Positions 24,918 through 40,370 of a stretch of 64,000 bases of DNA are shown piece after piece. A program made the translations under genes and the position numbers. The stretch lies in NCBI RefSeq assembly GCF_006345805.1, contig NC_043002.1, positions 71,858,001-71,922,000 on the forward strand, written 5' to 3'. This DNA comes from Octopus sinensis (lineage: Eukaryota). Position 1 is the stretch's first letter. Each line of letters opens with the position of its first letter. The notes under the pieces were generated by a model. That model did no database searches. It had not been told where the DNA came from and saw only the letters and a program-made list of their open reading frames with translations.

Positions 24918-25500
24918 GGCGCGATGGCCCAGTGGTTAGGGCAGCGGACTCGCGGTCGTAAGAACGCGGTTTCGATTCCCAGACCGGGCATTGTAAGTGT
25001 TTATTGAGCAAAAACACCTAAGCTCCACGAAGCTCCGGCGAGGGAGGAGGGGTGAACTCTGCTGTATTCTTTCACCACAACTTTCTCTCACTCTTTCTTC
25101 CTACTTCTGCCACAAAGCAGAGGAACCATGGTGTAACCCACTATGGCGTGGTAAACTTTCAGACCCTAGTTTAGATTGCGAATCCTCTCTACCTCAGGAT
25201 GGTTCATCTCTCCACCCGTTAAAAGCCACCGTTTACGGAATGAGGATAACAACGTAGCTATCGCACCCGTGCAACCGCCAGTCTATCGCGTGTGGTAGGT
25301 GGATCTTCAAGTTTCCACAGACATTCTTAGTAGCTTAGAGTAGGCTCGAATTAGAGATTATTCTTTGTGGCTAAAGGCGTGAGTCCTGATTGGAAGAAGA
25401 AGAAGAACAACAACAACGACGACGACGACGACGACAACAACAGCAACAGCAACAACAACAACAACAACAACAACAAAAACAACAACAACAACAACAACAA
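24918..25500 (+). mobile_element. tRNA-headed SINE, group C, with (GAA)/(CAA)n tail
   Basis: Head ggcgcgatggcccagtggttagggcagcgg; body matches 1688 and 6305. Confidence 0.9.
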
Positions 25501-25980
25501 GACCACCATAGCAGCTTCTACTGCTACTGCAAATGCCATTACCACCACTGCTACTGCAACTAATGCTCAGATACCACTCCTACTTCTACTAGCGGGACAG
25601 ATAAAGCCTCGACCACGACTACTATGGTTACTTGCGAAGTCGCTCCTTAATGACGAAGTACAACTGCCACAAACCAGCAAACATCAAAAGAAAACCGACT
25701 CTAAGCACCATGTGAATTTCATAAGAAATACATGAACTTCCAAAACTGATTTCATTAAGCATTAATTTTATATAATTCATTTTACTTTATTTTCCCTTCA
25801 CTTACAGTAATTACTAAATCGTTTTTAACGGGATAGAAACCGATTGAATATTTTCATAAATATATAGATATTTTGTTTCTTTGCTTATGGTAAAATTCAA
25901 AATGCATTTTCTTCTTAACTTTTAATATATATGTGTGTGTCTGTCTGTCTGAGCTTGTGTGCATGTATGTTTATATATGC

Positions 25981-26036
<56 letters not shown>

Positions 26037-26201
26037 TTATATACATACGCACATATATATCTATATTTACACACACACACATATTCATATATAGAGAAAG
26101 TGACAGACAGAGAGATATATAGGATATATATGTATGTGTATATATATATATATATATGTATGCATGTACATATATATATGTATATATATATGTATGTATG
26201 C

Positions 26202-26253
<52 letters not shown>

Positions 26254-26985
26254 TTACCTACATAATATTGTACCGAAAATGTTGCACTGTAATCAATGTG
26301 TTAGTGCTACGGTATGTCTCTCTGAATGCGCGTGCGTGTGCGTTTGTGCGCAATCGTTGTGTGTTTGTCCTTACTGGAAGAGCTGAAGTGAGAAATTTTA
26401 TTTTATTAAATATGAATAAATGATTGGTTCAATTTTACATGAAACTTTCTGCTTTATCTATTTTTAGCTTGAGAGAAGCAATCTGTGTATTGATGATACC
26501 AAGAAAGATAAGATTTAAAATAAAATTTTTTTTCAACTACACACCAATCATACAGTTGGACATTTACTAATGCAAAATAGTAAAGAATTTGATATATCGG
26601 TAAGTACAAAAATTTAATTGCGCTTCTGCTAATGGATAGCTAATAAATTCTACACCATTATTAATGATGCCAAGACATATTATTGGTCAACACTTCAAGC
26701 AATTTCCTTCCTCTCTTCCTCTCCCTCGCTTTCTCTTTCGCTCTCTTTCTCTCCCTAGCTCTCTTTACATCGATGATTAATCATACTATTTTACATTATT
26801 TCTTTTTTCTCAGTCTTGTCATTTCTTACTTAGCTATTTTGGACATCTTAAAACAGAGTTGTTGTTATTGCTTTATCATAACAACGTGAAATTACCTAAA
26901 TCTATGAATTTATAAAAGATGACAAGAGAGTAAAATCAACGAACTCACACACTGACAGATTAATTAATATGCAATATGCGTGTGT

Positions 26986-27020
<35 letters not shown>

Positions 27021-27023
<3 letters not shown>

Positions 27024-27355
27024 TTTACTCTTTTACTTGTTTCAGTCATTTGACTGCGGCCATGCTGGAGCACCGCCTTTAATCGAGCAACGCGACCCTG
27101 GGACTTATTCTTTTACCGAACCACTAAGTATCAGTTGTCAAGCAATGCTAGGGGAACAAACACAGACACACACACATATATATATATATATATACAACGG
27201 GCTTCTTTCAGTTTCTACCAAATCCACTCACAAGGCTTTGGCCGGCCCGAGGCTATAGTAGAAGACACTTGCCCAAGGTGCCACGCAGTGGGACTGAACC
27301 CGGACCCATGTGGTTGGTAAACAAGCTACTTACCACACAGCCACTCGTGCGCCTA
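27021..27355 (-). mobile_element. Group A SINE (internally deleted)
   Basis: Reverse complement of the 32701 copy with a deletion in the 3' half. Confidence 0.9.
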
Positions 27356-27551
27356 TATATATATATATAAAACTGAGAATGTGTGTCTGTCTATCTGTCT
27401 GTGTGAATCCTTAAGAACTGAGAACTACACAAACAATTTCATTCAAATTTAACATTTTGCCTGGGGCGAGCCCATAGCAATATCATATCTTCTCCACTAT
27501 TTCAGTATTATGTGTTAAAAGTGAAACAGAAGCATCTCTCTATTGTGTGTA

Positions 27552-27595
<44 letters not shown>

Positions 27596-27801
27596 ATATA
27601 TGGATGTATATATATATACATACATGTATATGTATACATGTATATGTATAGCTGTATATGTATGCATGTATGTCTAGATGTATATATAGATGTACATGTA
27701 ATATGTACACATATATATATATATACATATATATATATGCATACATATATACACCCATATACACATGCACACACACCGATCCACCCCACCCCCACACACA
27801 C

Positions 27802-28135
27802 ATAGGTGCAGGTGTGGCAACAAACTTGGTTCCAAAACACATGGTCCTCAGTTCAGTCCCACTATGTGGTAACTTGGCATGTGTCTTCTGCTATAGCCTG
27901 AGACGAACCAAAGCCTTGTCAGTGGATATTGTAGACAGAAACTGAATGAAATCAATTGTATGTATATGTATGAATATATGTAAGTCTATGTGTGTCTTTG
28001 TGTTTCTCTCTCATCACTGCTTCACAACTGGTGTTCGTTTATTTACATCCCCATAACTTACTGGTTTCACAAAAAGAAACTGATAGAAAAAGTACCAGAC
28101 TTATCAAAATATAAAAAATCGCTATGCAGGGTCTC
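27802..28135 (+). mobile_element. Degenerate group A SINE; its 3' part is duplicated at about 31041-31320
   Basis: catcactgcttcacaactg...ttatttacatcc.cataacttactggtttcacaa occurs at about 28012 and 31135. Confidence 0.75.
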
Positions 28136-28176
28136 ATCTTTTTGTTTGACCACTGAGTTGTATCTATCAATTTATC

Positions 28177-28271
<95 letters not shown>

Positions 28272-28351
28272 ATACATATATATATGGATCTTGTGGATAG
28301 GAACTGAAACAAATCAATCGTATATATATGTATATATGTAAGTATATGTGT

Positions 28352-31035
28352 TTTGGTATTGGCAACATGAATGACAATGGTCAGAGACTACTTGAATTTC
28401 GCACATACCATAACCTGTGTATCACCAACACATTTTTTGCCAACAAGACATCCCACTAGGCATCTTGGAGACATCCAAGATCTCACCACTGGCATCAGCT
28501 GGATCTCATCATTACACAAAGATCATTTCTGAATTCTGTTCAACTGACTCGTAGTTACCACAGTGTGGATTGTGACACAGATCATTCACTAATAAGAAGC
28601 AGGGTGAGGATTCTGCCTAAAAAAACTCTATCACTCCAAGAAAATGGGCCGACCACGCATTAACACTGCCAGGACCTCGGACCCTACATTGACAATGTTT
28701 TGCTGTTTCTATCAAAGTTGCCCTCGGTAGCTGCCCAACCTCCTCTGCTGAAAGTAGGTGGAATTATATCAGGGAAGCTTTGTATACCACACCAATTGAT
28801 ACTTTCGACATGAGAGAAAGGCAAAACCCAGATTTTGTTCAGTGCTGGGCTCTCAGCGCTGGAAAAAATTATCGAAGCAAAGTCACTCAAAGAACTCAGA
28901 AAGGCAAGAAATGAAACCCAACTGACTGCCAGACGCTGTGCAAATAGGTATTGGTAGGGAATCTGTCAGAGTATCCAATCAACTGCTGACATTGGCGACA
29001 CCCGTGGGATGTATGCCGGTTTGAAGAAGGCCCTCGGTCCATCCGCAACCAAGTCAGCCCCTCTGAAATCAACTACTGGAGATCTCATCAAGGACCAAAG
29101 CAAGCAAATGGATACATGGGTAGAGTACTACCAGGATCTGTACTCACGAGAGACCACGGTAGCTGAGGCTGCAATCGAGAGTGTCAAGATCTTGCCAGTC
29201 ATGTGTGAACTTGACAGTCTGCCATCTATAGCAGAGCTCACCAAGTTTATTGACTCCCTAGCAAGAAACAAGGCTCTGGGAAAAGACGGCATCCCCTCAG
29301 AGATAATCAAAACCGGCAAAAACACCATCCTGCTTCGGCACCTTGATGAGCTTCTATGTCAGTGCTGGAAAGAGGGTACAGTCCCTCAGGATATGCGGGA
29401 TACTAACATCATCACGCTTTACAAAAACAACGTTGAACGTGGTAATTGTAACAATTACCTTGGAATATCTCTTCTAAGCACTGTTGGAAAGGCCTTTGCT
29501 CGCATTACCCTATCCTGGCTGCAACTGCTTGCTTCTTGAATTTATCCAGAATCGCAGTGTGGCTTTAGAAGAAGCAGATCAACTATTGACATGATATTCT
29601 CCATACGCCAACTTCAGGAGAATTCCAGAGAGCAGAAAATGCCATTATATATGGCCTTTATTGATCGGCCTTTGACTTGGTAAGTAGAAAAGGCCTCTTC
29701 ATCCTGCTCCAAAAAATCGGATGTCCACCAAAGCTGCTGAGGATCATCAAATCTTTCCATGATGATATGCAAGGCACCATACAGCACAATGGTTCAACAA
29801 CAGCCGCCTTCCAAATTAAAAACGGGATAAAGCAAGGTTGTGTCCTTGCTCTTACATTATTTGTCATCTTCTTCTCGCTGCTGCTGTCACATGCCTTTCA
29901 GACATCAGATGATGGATTGTTTCTGCACAGTAGAAGTGATGGGAAACTGTTCAATCTCTCGCGTCTGCGTGCCAAGACCAAAATCAGAAGCGTCCTGATC
30001 AAGGAGATGCTATTTGCTGATGGTTCCGCTCTGGTATCACACACAGAAGAAGCCCTACAAAGGCTCATCAACTGTTTTGAGCAAGCATGTGGCAACTTTG
30101 GCTTAGTTATCAGCGTCAAGAAAACCAACATCATGGGTCAAGCTACATTGGACATCCCAAACTTACATATTGGAGACCACAGACTACAACAGGTGGAGAA
30201 GTTTACCTATCTTGGCTCTACCGTCACCTACAACCTATCCCTTGTTGCTGAGCTCAATATACGCATTGGCAAGGCAGCTACTGTGATGGCCCAACTCTCC
30301 AAACGGTCATGGGACAACAATAAGCTGACCAAGACCACAAAAATGAAGATTTACCAGGCATGTGTACTTAGCACTCTACTGTATGGAAGTGAGACTTGGA
30401 CGCCATACACACGCCATACGACGCCATACGTCGCCTAAATATCTTTCACCTGCGCTGCCTCCGGAAAATCCTTCGCATCAAATGACAGAACCATGTCCCC
30501 AACAAAGATGTCCTCAAGCAAGCAGGAATACTAAGCATGTTTGCACTCCTCACACAAAGACGTATGAGATGGCTTGGACATGTTAGCCGTACAGGAGATG
30601 GCAGAATCCCCAAGGACATACTCAACGAGGAGCTTGCTAGGGGCACTAGGTCTGTGGGAAGTGCGTTCTTACGATACAAGGACGTTTGCAAAAGGGACAT
30701 GAATGCCTGCAACATCAATATTACCAACTAGGAAGCAGTTGCCAGCAACCGTGGAGATTGGCGACGTACCGTAAAAGAGGGAACACAAAGAAGTGACATA
30801 GAGAGAGAGGAGAAATGGAAAGACAAGAAAAGACGTCAACAAGAAACTAGGACATTACAACCAGCCAGGCAAAGTCTTCGCTACATTTGCGGCACCTGCC
30901 AGAGGGAGTGTTTGTCCAGGATAGGACTACACAGCCACAACAGGAGATGTATTAGAACATGAAATGTAAAAGCCGGACTAGACTATTTTATGCGCAACTC
31001 CATTGTCTCCCGAGACAACAAGGATGCCAACAACA
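28352..31035 (+). mobile_element. 5'-truncated RTE-clade (BovB-like) LINE; disrupted APE-RT-zinc finger ORF ending at about 30962
   Basis: APE C-half NDNGQRLLEF..WRHPRSHHWHQLDLII..DCDTDH; RT PSEIIK, KAFARI, GIKQGCVLA, MLFADG, FTYLGS, STLLYGSETW; C-terminal CGTCQRECLSRIGLHSHNRRC; 3' end tccattgtctcccgagacaacaaggatgccaacaacaa. Confidence 0.95.
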
Positions 31036-31310
31036 ATATATATGGATTTCGTAGACAGGAACTGAAACAAATCAATCGTATATATATGTATATATGTAAG
31101 TGTATGTGTGTGTCTTTGTCTTTGTGTTTCCCCTCATCACTGCTTCACAACTGCTGTTCATTTATTTACATCCACATAACTTACTGGTTTCACAAGAACA
31201 AACTAATAGAATAAGTACTAGGCTTATCAACATAAAAAAGCACTAGACTGTGTCTCATATTTTTGTTTACCCACTCAGTTGTATCTATCAATCTATCTTT
31301 GTATGTGTGC

Positions 31311-31344
<34 letters not shown>

Positions 31345-32637
31345 CACTCTAATGTGAGCCTTAACTCCCAAATTTTAGTCATTTCTTTTATGATCCAAAC
31401 TAGGTCAAAAACTACTGAATGTATCTTTATGAAATTTGGAAATTATATTCTATGCATAAGGTCCATAACCCCCATGACAATTCATATATTTTTGCTGTTG
31501 ATGACATTTTAACCATAGATATTAGACACAAATGAGGTAATATTTATAAAATTTATTTTCTTACGAAGTTAGAAAGACCCCTCCATGGGGACTTAAAAAG
31601 CACAATTTTGTCATTTTATCTAAGCAAAAACGAATACAGTTGTGCTCTTGGAAACTGTAGGGTTACCCGAGCATAAAAGTTGGGAATTATTTCTAATTCA
31701 ATGGTACAACAGTGTAACAGTTTACTTTGACATACACTTACATTGTGATTTCTGCAATGTGTTGCATAAATTGTCAAGTAAATGAGAGGCATCTTTGCAA
31801 CCACTGATTCAGTTGCAAAGTGTTGCGTAAATTTATTTGATTGCAGACTTTCTTTCAGTCTTTTTATTATCACTCGGTGACACATAGTCCCCAGATGGTA
31901 ACATTGATTTCAAGGCCTTGCCAGATGAGTGACTGGTTATTCAAAGACATTTATAGATTTTAAATTTAATCTCTCCAGTTACGTATCAGCATAGTGGTCA
32001 TCTGCAAACTCCTTAGCCCTCACGTCACACAGTTGTTAATGTTAATTTCAGTTGGGTCACGCCCTTCCAATTGCCATAGAGATTCGTAATGCATCTTACG
32101 GCTTTGCCTGTCACCTGGATGGTGAGGAATCCTACATTGGGAGTGGTACCGACTAGGGTAGGGTAACTGACTGCTTATTGTGATCATTCGTCTTTTGGTT
32201 TCCTTTAGCTTTGCTCTCTTTTACAAATCCAGTGAACATATATTTCCTATTTCAAAGAAATTCAAACAATAGATATAAGACCCAAGTTAAAAAGATTTTC
32301 AACTATTCAACTTCTCTGGTTGACATTAAGATGCCCCCCCCCCCACAGGGGCCTTAACTCTCACATTTTAGAGCTCCATGACCTTCATTTTTCAGGAGCA
32401 AAATATTTTTAACAGGTTCAATAAGAGTGGAATTTTGGAATATGAGCATAAAAATCAGTAATATGGGATACATGTGGCACGATTACAATGTTTTAGGGTG
32501 TGTAAAGAGGGAATTAACCCTCATCTGCAATTTTGATGAAATTCGAAACTTAGATATTCCAGTTCATTACAGAAGGTATAACAGAAAAGTCTAATTCTTC
32601 AATTGAATCTAACCGGGCAACGCCGGGTATCTCTGTT

Positions 32638-32640
<3 letters not shown>
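31345..32640 (+). mobile_element. Possible non-autonomous Helitron-like element with an internal insertion
   Basis: 3' GC hairpin accgggcaacgccgggt (32612-32628) shortly before ctctgttaac, which may be a mutated CTAG-type end; boundaries uncertain. Confidence 0.4.
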
Positions 32641-32700
<60 letters not shown>

Positions 32701-32703
<3 letters not shown>

Positions 32704-33106
32704 CGCAGGAGTGGCTGTGTGGTAAGTAGCTTGCTAACCAACCACATGGTTCCGGGTTCAGTCCCACTGCGTGGCATCTTGGGCAAGTGTCTTCTGCTAT
32801 AGCCCCGGGCCGACCAATGCCTTGTGAGTGGATTTGGTTGACGGAAACTGAAAAAGCCTGTCGTATATATGTATATATATATATGTATGTATGTGTGTGT
32901 GTTTGTGTGTCTGTGTGTGTCCCCCTAGCATTGCTTGACAACCGATGCTGGTGTGTTTACGTCCCCGTCACTTAGCGGTTCGACAAAAAGAGAACCGATA
33001 GAGTAAGTACTGGGCTTACAAAGAATAAGTCCCGGGGTCGATTTGATCGACTAAAGGCGGTGCTCCAGCATGGCCGCAGTCAAATGACTGAAACAAGTAA
33101 AAGAGT
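32701..33106 (+). mobile_element. Group A SINE, best-preserved copy
   Basis: aggcgcaggagtggctgtgtggtaag (A box) ... ggttcagtcc (B box) ... caaatgactgaaacaagtaaaagagta. Confidence 0.95.
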
Positions 33107-34070
33107 ATATATGAATGTATGTATGTATCATTATACGACTGTGTGTTTGTGCTTGTGTGTATGTATGTGGAAGCATGTGTAGTTATACATTTGTCGATAT
33201 ATGGACATTCAGGGTTGAATACATCAGTTTCTATTTGTACACATATATACTGCTTACATAAAATAAATCGGCTATATATGGATATAAATATTTGTGTTTA
33301 TATCTGTGTGTATGTGGTAATTGATACCTTGATATATCTGTAGTTACTTGTATAAATATGTATCTTTTTTCCTATACTCACATACTGAAATATGGTTGGG
33401 TATATATGTCATCACGTTTTCCCTATGTATACGTGTCTGTTGCTATGCTTGTATTTATATATGTACACAAAGCTGTGTGCATAAATTTAAATAATTGTGT
33501 AATGATAAAATTTTTCATTTAAATTCGTCTTCAAACTGAGAGATTTGTGATTCTTAATTAATGCTCTTTGGAGAAATTAACTTTTATTATTGATTTTTAT
33601 TCTCATTTATCCCTTCGTGAGGAAGAAGTTGCTATTAATTATTTATACCTACCGACTGCCAAGAAGTCATTCGCACTCAAGACTGACAGAAACACAAAAA
33701 TAAAAATATAAACAAAAATCCTATTATAATAAAAAAGAATACAATAATTAACGATGAATAATTATTTTAGAGATTGAAATCAAAACAAATGGCAAAATTG
33801 TCTTCAAATCTGGTTGATTAAATATTCTTTTTGTTGAGTGAATATTCTCAAGTGTTATTGTCAAGAAAAAATTGGATGTGCAAAATACAAATGAGAACCG
33901 AAAGGAAGAATATGATTAAATGGAAGCGTATGGGTATAGCTGACACCGTTTCTAATCTTAATCTGTGCTAAAACAGATATACAGATAGATAATTTATATA
34001 TATATACATACATACATACACACACACACATATATATATATATATTTATATATATATACACACACAGACG

Positions 34071-34456
34071 TAGGCGTGGCTCTGTGGTAAGAAGCTTGCT
34101 TCCCAACCACATGGTTCTGAGTTCAGTCCCACAGCGTCGCACCTTGGGCAAGTGTCTTCTACTATAGCCTCGGGCCGACCAAAGCCTTGTGAGTGGATTT
34201 GGTAGACGGAAACGGAAAGAAACCTGTCGTATATATATATACATATGTATGTATATGTTTGTGTGTGTGTATATGTTTATGTATATGTTGGTGCGTTTGT
34301 GCTTGTGTTTCCTCCCACCCCATTGTCGCTTGACAACCGATGTTGGGTATAGAATAAGCACCGGGCTTAAAAAAAACAAGTCCAGGGGTCGATTTGTTCG
34401 ACTAAAAGGCGGTGCTCCAGCATGGTCACAGTCACAATGAAACAAGTAAATGAGTA
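34071..34456 (+). mobile_element. Group A SINE
   Basis: Collinear with 32701-33106. Confidence 0.9.
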
Positions 34457-34492
34457 TATGTATGCATATATAGATAGAGATATTTACATATA

Positions 34493-34575
<83 letters not shown>

Positions 34576-34711
34576 CAAAGAAAGATAGAATGAGGTGGGG
34601 GTTGGTAGAACAAGCAGGATAAACTGAACTCAGCACATTAGTATATATATATATATATATAATATATATAATATATATATTATATATATATATATATATA
34701 TTATATCTTTT

Positions 34712-34818
34712 ATTACAAAGTGACTCAAGGACGTAGAAAGCTGTATATAGCATCAATGAAACTCATTAGCGTGACAAGAGACATACACGAAAATCTTGGT
34801 CCTTGAGTCATTTTGCAA
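34712..34818. repeat. Short element with 20-bp terminal inverted repeats
   Basis: ttacaaagtgactcaaggac / gtccttgagtcattttgcaa. Confidence 0.7.
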
Positions 34819-35289
34819 TTAAAATAATCATAAATATGCGATGAAAATAATTATATACGTGTGTATGTGTATGTAAACAAATGTGTGTGTGTAATATTAT
34901 TATCTTTAGTAATACTGCTTGGTTGTCTGAGAAACTGCGTGTCATAAAAGTGGGTAATGAGTTGTCAACCGTCTTTAATGGTTTTTACAGCTAACAAGTT
35001 GTTTCATCAGAATATAAAATACATCTATCGTTAGTTGTACGTTACAATATCACCCTTCGATTACACTGCGAGTTTAAATTTTTTTAAATTGTAACCTTCG
35101 ATAATGAGCATAAATACATTCTATTAGAAATAGTGTACTGTTTTGCTTTATCATTGATTACTTTCAAATTCAATCACAAATTTTTTAATTATTTTTTTTT
35201 AACTAAACAGTTTGAAACTTCGAATACTGGTAGAATTTCTCCCGTAGAACACGGTTTACTCTGAATGTTTTTGACAAAATTTCGTATTT

Positions 35290-35600
35290 TAGAAGTTATT
35301 TCGCGTTAATGTTGTCGTACTGGTGTAATTTCAACCAATCAAGGTCGTGTATTCGGCTGAAGAAAGCTACTGCTGTTAGCGATAGTAATCGAAGAGGAAT
35401 AACTTCCGGGTCATCTCTACTAAATGTTACCACTCTGTTCTATTCGTATGGCGTGCGACGTCGATGCCACCTTTATCCTTTCTTCCTTTCTAGTCAGCAC
35501 CGTGCATTCCTTATTCTTTTCCTCCCTTCTACACTAGAACTAGCAACCAGCAAGTGAAATTGTATCAGCCACTACAATTTCCGGTGTATAAGCGGCTATT
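35290..35600. promoter_or_regulatory. Possible CpG-enriched promoter-like segment
   Basis: Unique sequence with tttcgcg, ccaatc, acttccgg, atggcg and ttccggtg close together; short motifs only. Confidence 0.25.
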
Positions 35601-36804
35601 TGTTTTGTTTTACCTTCATCTTTTATATTGACAAAATGTGTTTGTTGTTGATTATAGTAAGATAAAATCATGACAATAACAATACATCTCATAGTTGTAA
35701 AATAAGGCATTTTGAAACTACATATACGTCAACAAAAAAGCTAGATGCGGACTCGTTACTCTATAGCTCTTTTAAAAACTGCCGCGCTTTATGTGTGGCT
35801 AAAACACCAATGTCGAGCAAACGAATAGATATATGTAAATAATATTTCTTCCTTCCTGGTGTTGATTCTTTAACACGAAATAACTTATAAAATACGTTTA
35901 AAGTAAACCGTATTCTATGTGAGAAATTCTACCAGTATTCTGTGATTGGAATGAAATAAATCCTCGAAATGTATTTAATCCGGTACCCTATTATCTTTTT
36001 CATTCGAGTTCCTTCATATGCCCTTCAAATTCTTAATGAATTTATTCTGGCCGCCTATCACTTTTGTAGCTCCACCTCATTTAAGAAATAATGGTTTCTT
36101 ATGGAAAGTGAAAAGTTGTAAACGATCGTAGAGTTAGAAATTTGATGGCGTGTTATTGATGCGTTTTATAAGGATTATTGACAAAGTCAACGTAATACTT
36201 GCTTTTCAGAGATGCAACACAATCTTCCCGCCGATTCTACTCAAAGCTTATGTGATAACTATATTACTTGCTATGAAATTAATTTAAACGTTGTTTTTGT
36301 ACATAAGACCCTTAAGTTATAAAGAGGGATGAACCAATTTCCAGGTCGAAGATATGAACATATAAGCACAAAATGATTTTGTTGTGGGTTTTTAGTTTCA
36401 GACGACGTTTACTCACATAGACTTGTAACCAATGGCAATCAAGACCGTATCTCGAATGACATAATACAATGTTTGCTTTCAATTAATGACAAATGAAGGA
36501 TATGATTTTACAAAATGTTTGATGTATAGGCTAAAGTGTACTTGAGCTATGCAAGAACACACGAAGCAATTTCGCGACAAAAACAGAATATTATCGTAGT
36601 TATTCTTCTATGTGGAAATAGAGACCAAATATCATTTTTATTATTTTAGTTTTATAACTAGCATGTAGCAAAAGACAAAAACATTAACTTCAAGACAGAT
36701 TCTACGTCGTCAACCGATGACCAAGAAATAACGTCAAAACCTCCCAGAGTATAGACCACTTATATTTGAATTCCATGTCGCATAATTTGTCGCTTCTGTA
36801 CTAA

Positions 36805-37065
36805 TACTCTGCCATGAATGTCCCCTTTCTCTAGTTCCTTTTATGTTAATCTACGCCACGAGTTCTTAGGCCTTCCTCTCTTTCTATATCCACCCGGTTT
36901 CCACTGTAAAGCACCTTTCGCTACATTTGGTGTTTCTTTTCTAATTGTGCTACCAATCCACTTCCACTTTTTCTTAAATATTTGCTCCCTAATCGAAACT
37001 TGATTTGTTCTTTGCCATAGTTCCATATTGCTTATGTGTTCGCGCCATCTAATTTTAAGTATACT
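36805..37065 (-). pseudogene. RTE-clade LINE C-terminal fragment
   Basis: ISNMELWQRTNQ..KKKWKWIG..LQWKPGGYRKRGRPKNSWRR matches the RTE post-RT region. Confidence 0.85.
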
Positions 37066-37734
37066 ACACTTTACTTACTTAAAATATAGAATTAGCATTT
37101 TGTTCCTCTGAAAGAAAAAATGGAATTGGCATGGCTGGAATGCATTTAGTTATCGTTCTCTCATTCAGAGTCAATTTGAAAATAGTTACAACAAAATCAA
37201 CTGTAACAAAGTAGCAGATACACAGTGAACGCATTTCATAAATCATATCTAAAAACGAAAGCATTAGGGATGCAGGTGTAATGAAATGATTAGAGCAAGG
37301 AAAAAATACTTGAAATCGTTTAGCTAGACTCAGCTTGATTGGAACTTACCGTGAATCTAGCGTGTTCAACAGGACCACGTAATAACTGAATAAAAATTCT
37401 GAGCAAATGAAAGTAAAAACTACCATAGAAATTTATAAATTTCAATGTGGAAGGAAGTATGTATTTGTGAATAGTAAACATTGTAAATTCTATTTTAATA
37501 TTTGGCTACGTTATACGTCATTATTTTCGGAAGTTTTTTTGTTTTTTACTAAAAGAATTTCCTTAAATTCTTTAAATATTAAAAAAAAAAGAAATATAGT
37601 TAGGAAATCATAAATTTGACTTCGTTTATTTTTTATAAGTTATTTCTTACAGAAAAATATTGTCTTACGTTTATATTTCTTTTATTAAAAATTGCAATTC
37701 GAAACGCCAATGCGTAAATAAGAAGCTGTATTCA

Positions 37735-38692
<958 letters not shown>

Positions 38693-39813
38693 TTAGATCC
38701 ATGTACGCTGTAGAAAAATCAAAAGTTTAAAATTTCTTTCCGACAAATGTTTGACAAAAATATTTATCGGCTGTCATTCGTGAGTTGAACATGTTTGTCC
38801 ATCAATTGGAAAGGGAATGGTGAGGTGTATTAACATGGGAGAGACACGTTTCCAAAGCAAACGCTCTTGCCGCACTGTTATTGACATATCTGTTGAGAAA
38901 CAGCATTTTGTTTGAATTCAATATCTCCTTTTAAACATCTGCGTTAGGTTTCGTGTTGATATGGCTGTGTTTGGACAGACTCTTTGTTCAGGTAAATGTC
39001 ATTCCTGCAAAGTTCAAGCAAAAAGAGAATTGCTATTTTTTTCTTTATTTTATATAAATTATTTTCTAGTTTTCTTTTTTATTTACTAATTTTTTTATTC
39101 ATACATATATTTACGTATTGATAGTTTTTGTAGGGGTTTTTTTTGCCTACATTTATATATATATATATTTTTTTTTTATTCGTCTATTTTCAGAAAACAT
39201 GAAATATTTAATGTCGTAGCTGAGTTTTTCTTTAAGGAAAACACATTTGTGAGAAACAAATGCGTGAAAAACAAATGATGACAGATAGATAGAAAAACAG
39301 AAGAGGAAAAAAATGGATACCATGAAATATTAACGCAAAGAAAATGGTAAGAAATGAAAAAGCAATGGAAATGGAACTAAAATAAAATGGCAAATAAATG
39401 AGAAAAATATATATTTTCATTAGATTTATAGTGTATGGTCTCTTTTTTATTTCTTGTTTATTAATTTTGTTTTACTCTTTTTTTCCTTCTTTCTCCGTGC
39501 AATTGGAAAATGAAACCGCGTTGATGATTATTATAACTGCCCCAGAGAGGCATGCATTGCACACATACTCGGTCAGAAATAGCTGTATATACGCACATGC
39601 ACGCATACACACACACACGCACATGTATACAGACATGCATACACACGTGTACACTCCCGCTCGCACATATGCAGACACACCTTCAGGCAGCACACCACAT
39701 GTACCCTCATGAATATATAATCACCAACAGCCAAGATGAAAACTCATACTAGACTGTCAAATTTTGACATTACATACACACACACACACACACACACCAC
39801 ACACCCACACACC

Positions 39814-39893
<80 letters not shown>

Positions 39894-40003
39894 TATATAC
39901 ATATATTTAGATCTTAGGGAATAATAAGTATTCCAGGTTATCAGGACATTTACTATTTTACACTTTACTAATGCCATGTAACCAGTATCATTTATAATAT
40001 TAT

Positions 40004-40215
40004 TACAAATTTGGGATTTTACCAATAGAAACGCAACTCCTGTTTCAGGATAACCTTATTTTATGGAATACACATAGAAAGTTATATCTAATAAAATAAT
40101 AAAAGCATTTAAAAACCTCCTATGAAATACAATACAATTATTTTTTTAAATATTTGAAAGAACCTATATAACTTACCTGTCTGTGGGTACTATAGGTAAA
40201 ATCCCAAATTTGTAG
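40004..40215. repeat. Element with ~26-bp inverted termini abutting (TA)n
   Basis: tacaaatttgggattttaccaatag / ctataggtaaaatcccaaatttgta. Confidence 0.7.
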
Positions 40216-40250
40216 TTATATATATATATATTATATATATATATATATAT

Positions 40251-40370
40251 ATGAGGATGTGCTGAAAAGTTCCTGGCTTTAAGGGTACCGGGAGGCCCAA
40301 CCTTTTAAGTTCTTTTACAGAAAATCTGAAGGACTGTTTCACTGAGTGAATCTGACGGGGGATTATGCTA
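40251..40370 (+). mobile_element. Mariner terminal remnant
   Basis: tgaggatgtgctgaaaagttcctggct resembles the TIR of the 2299-3544 element; no partner TIR found. Confidence 0.5.
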
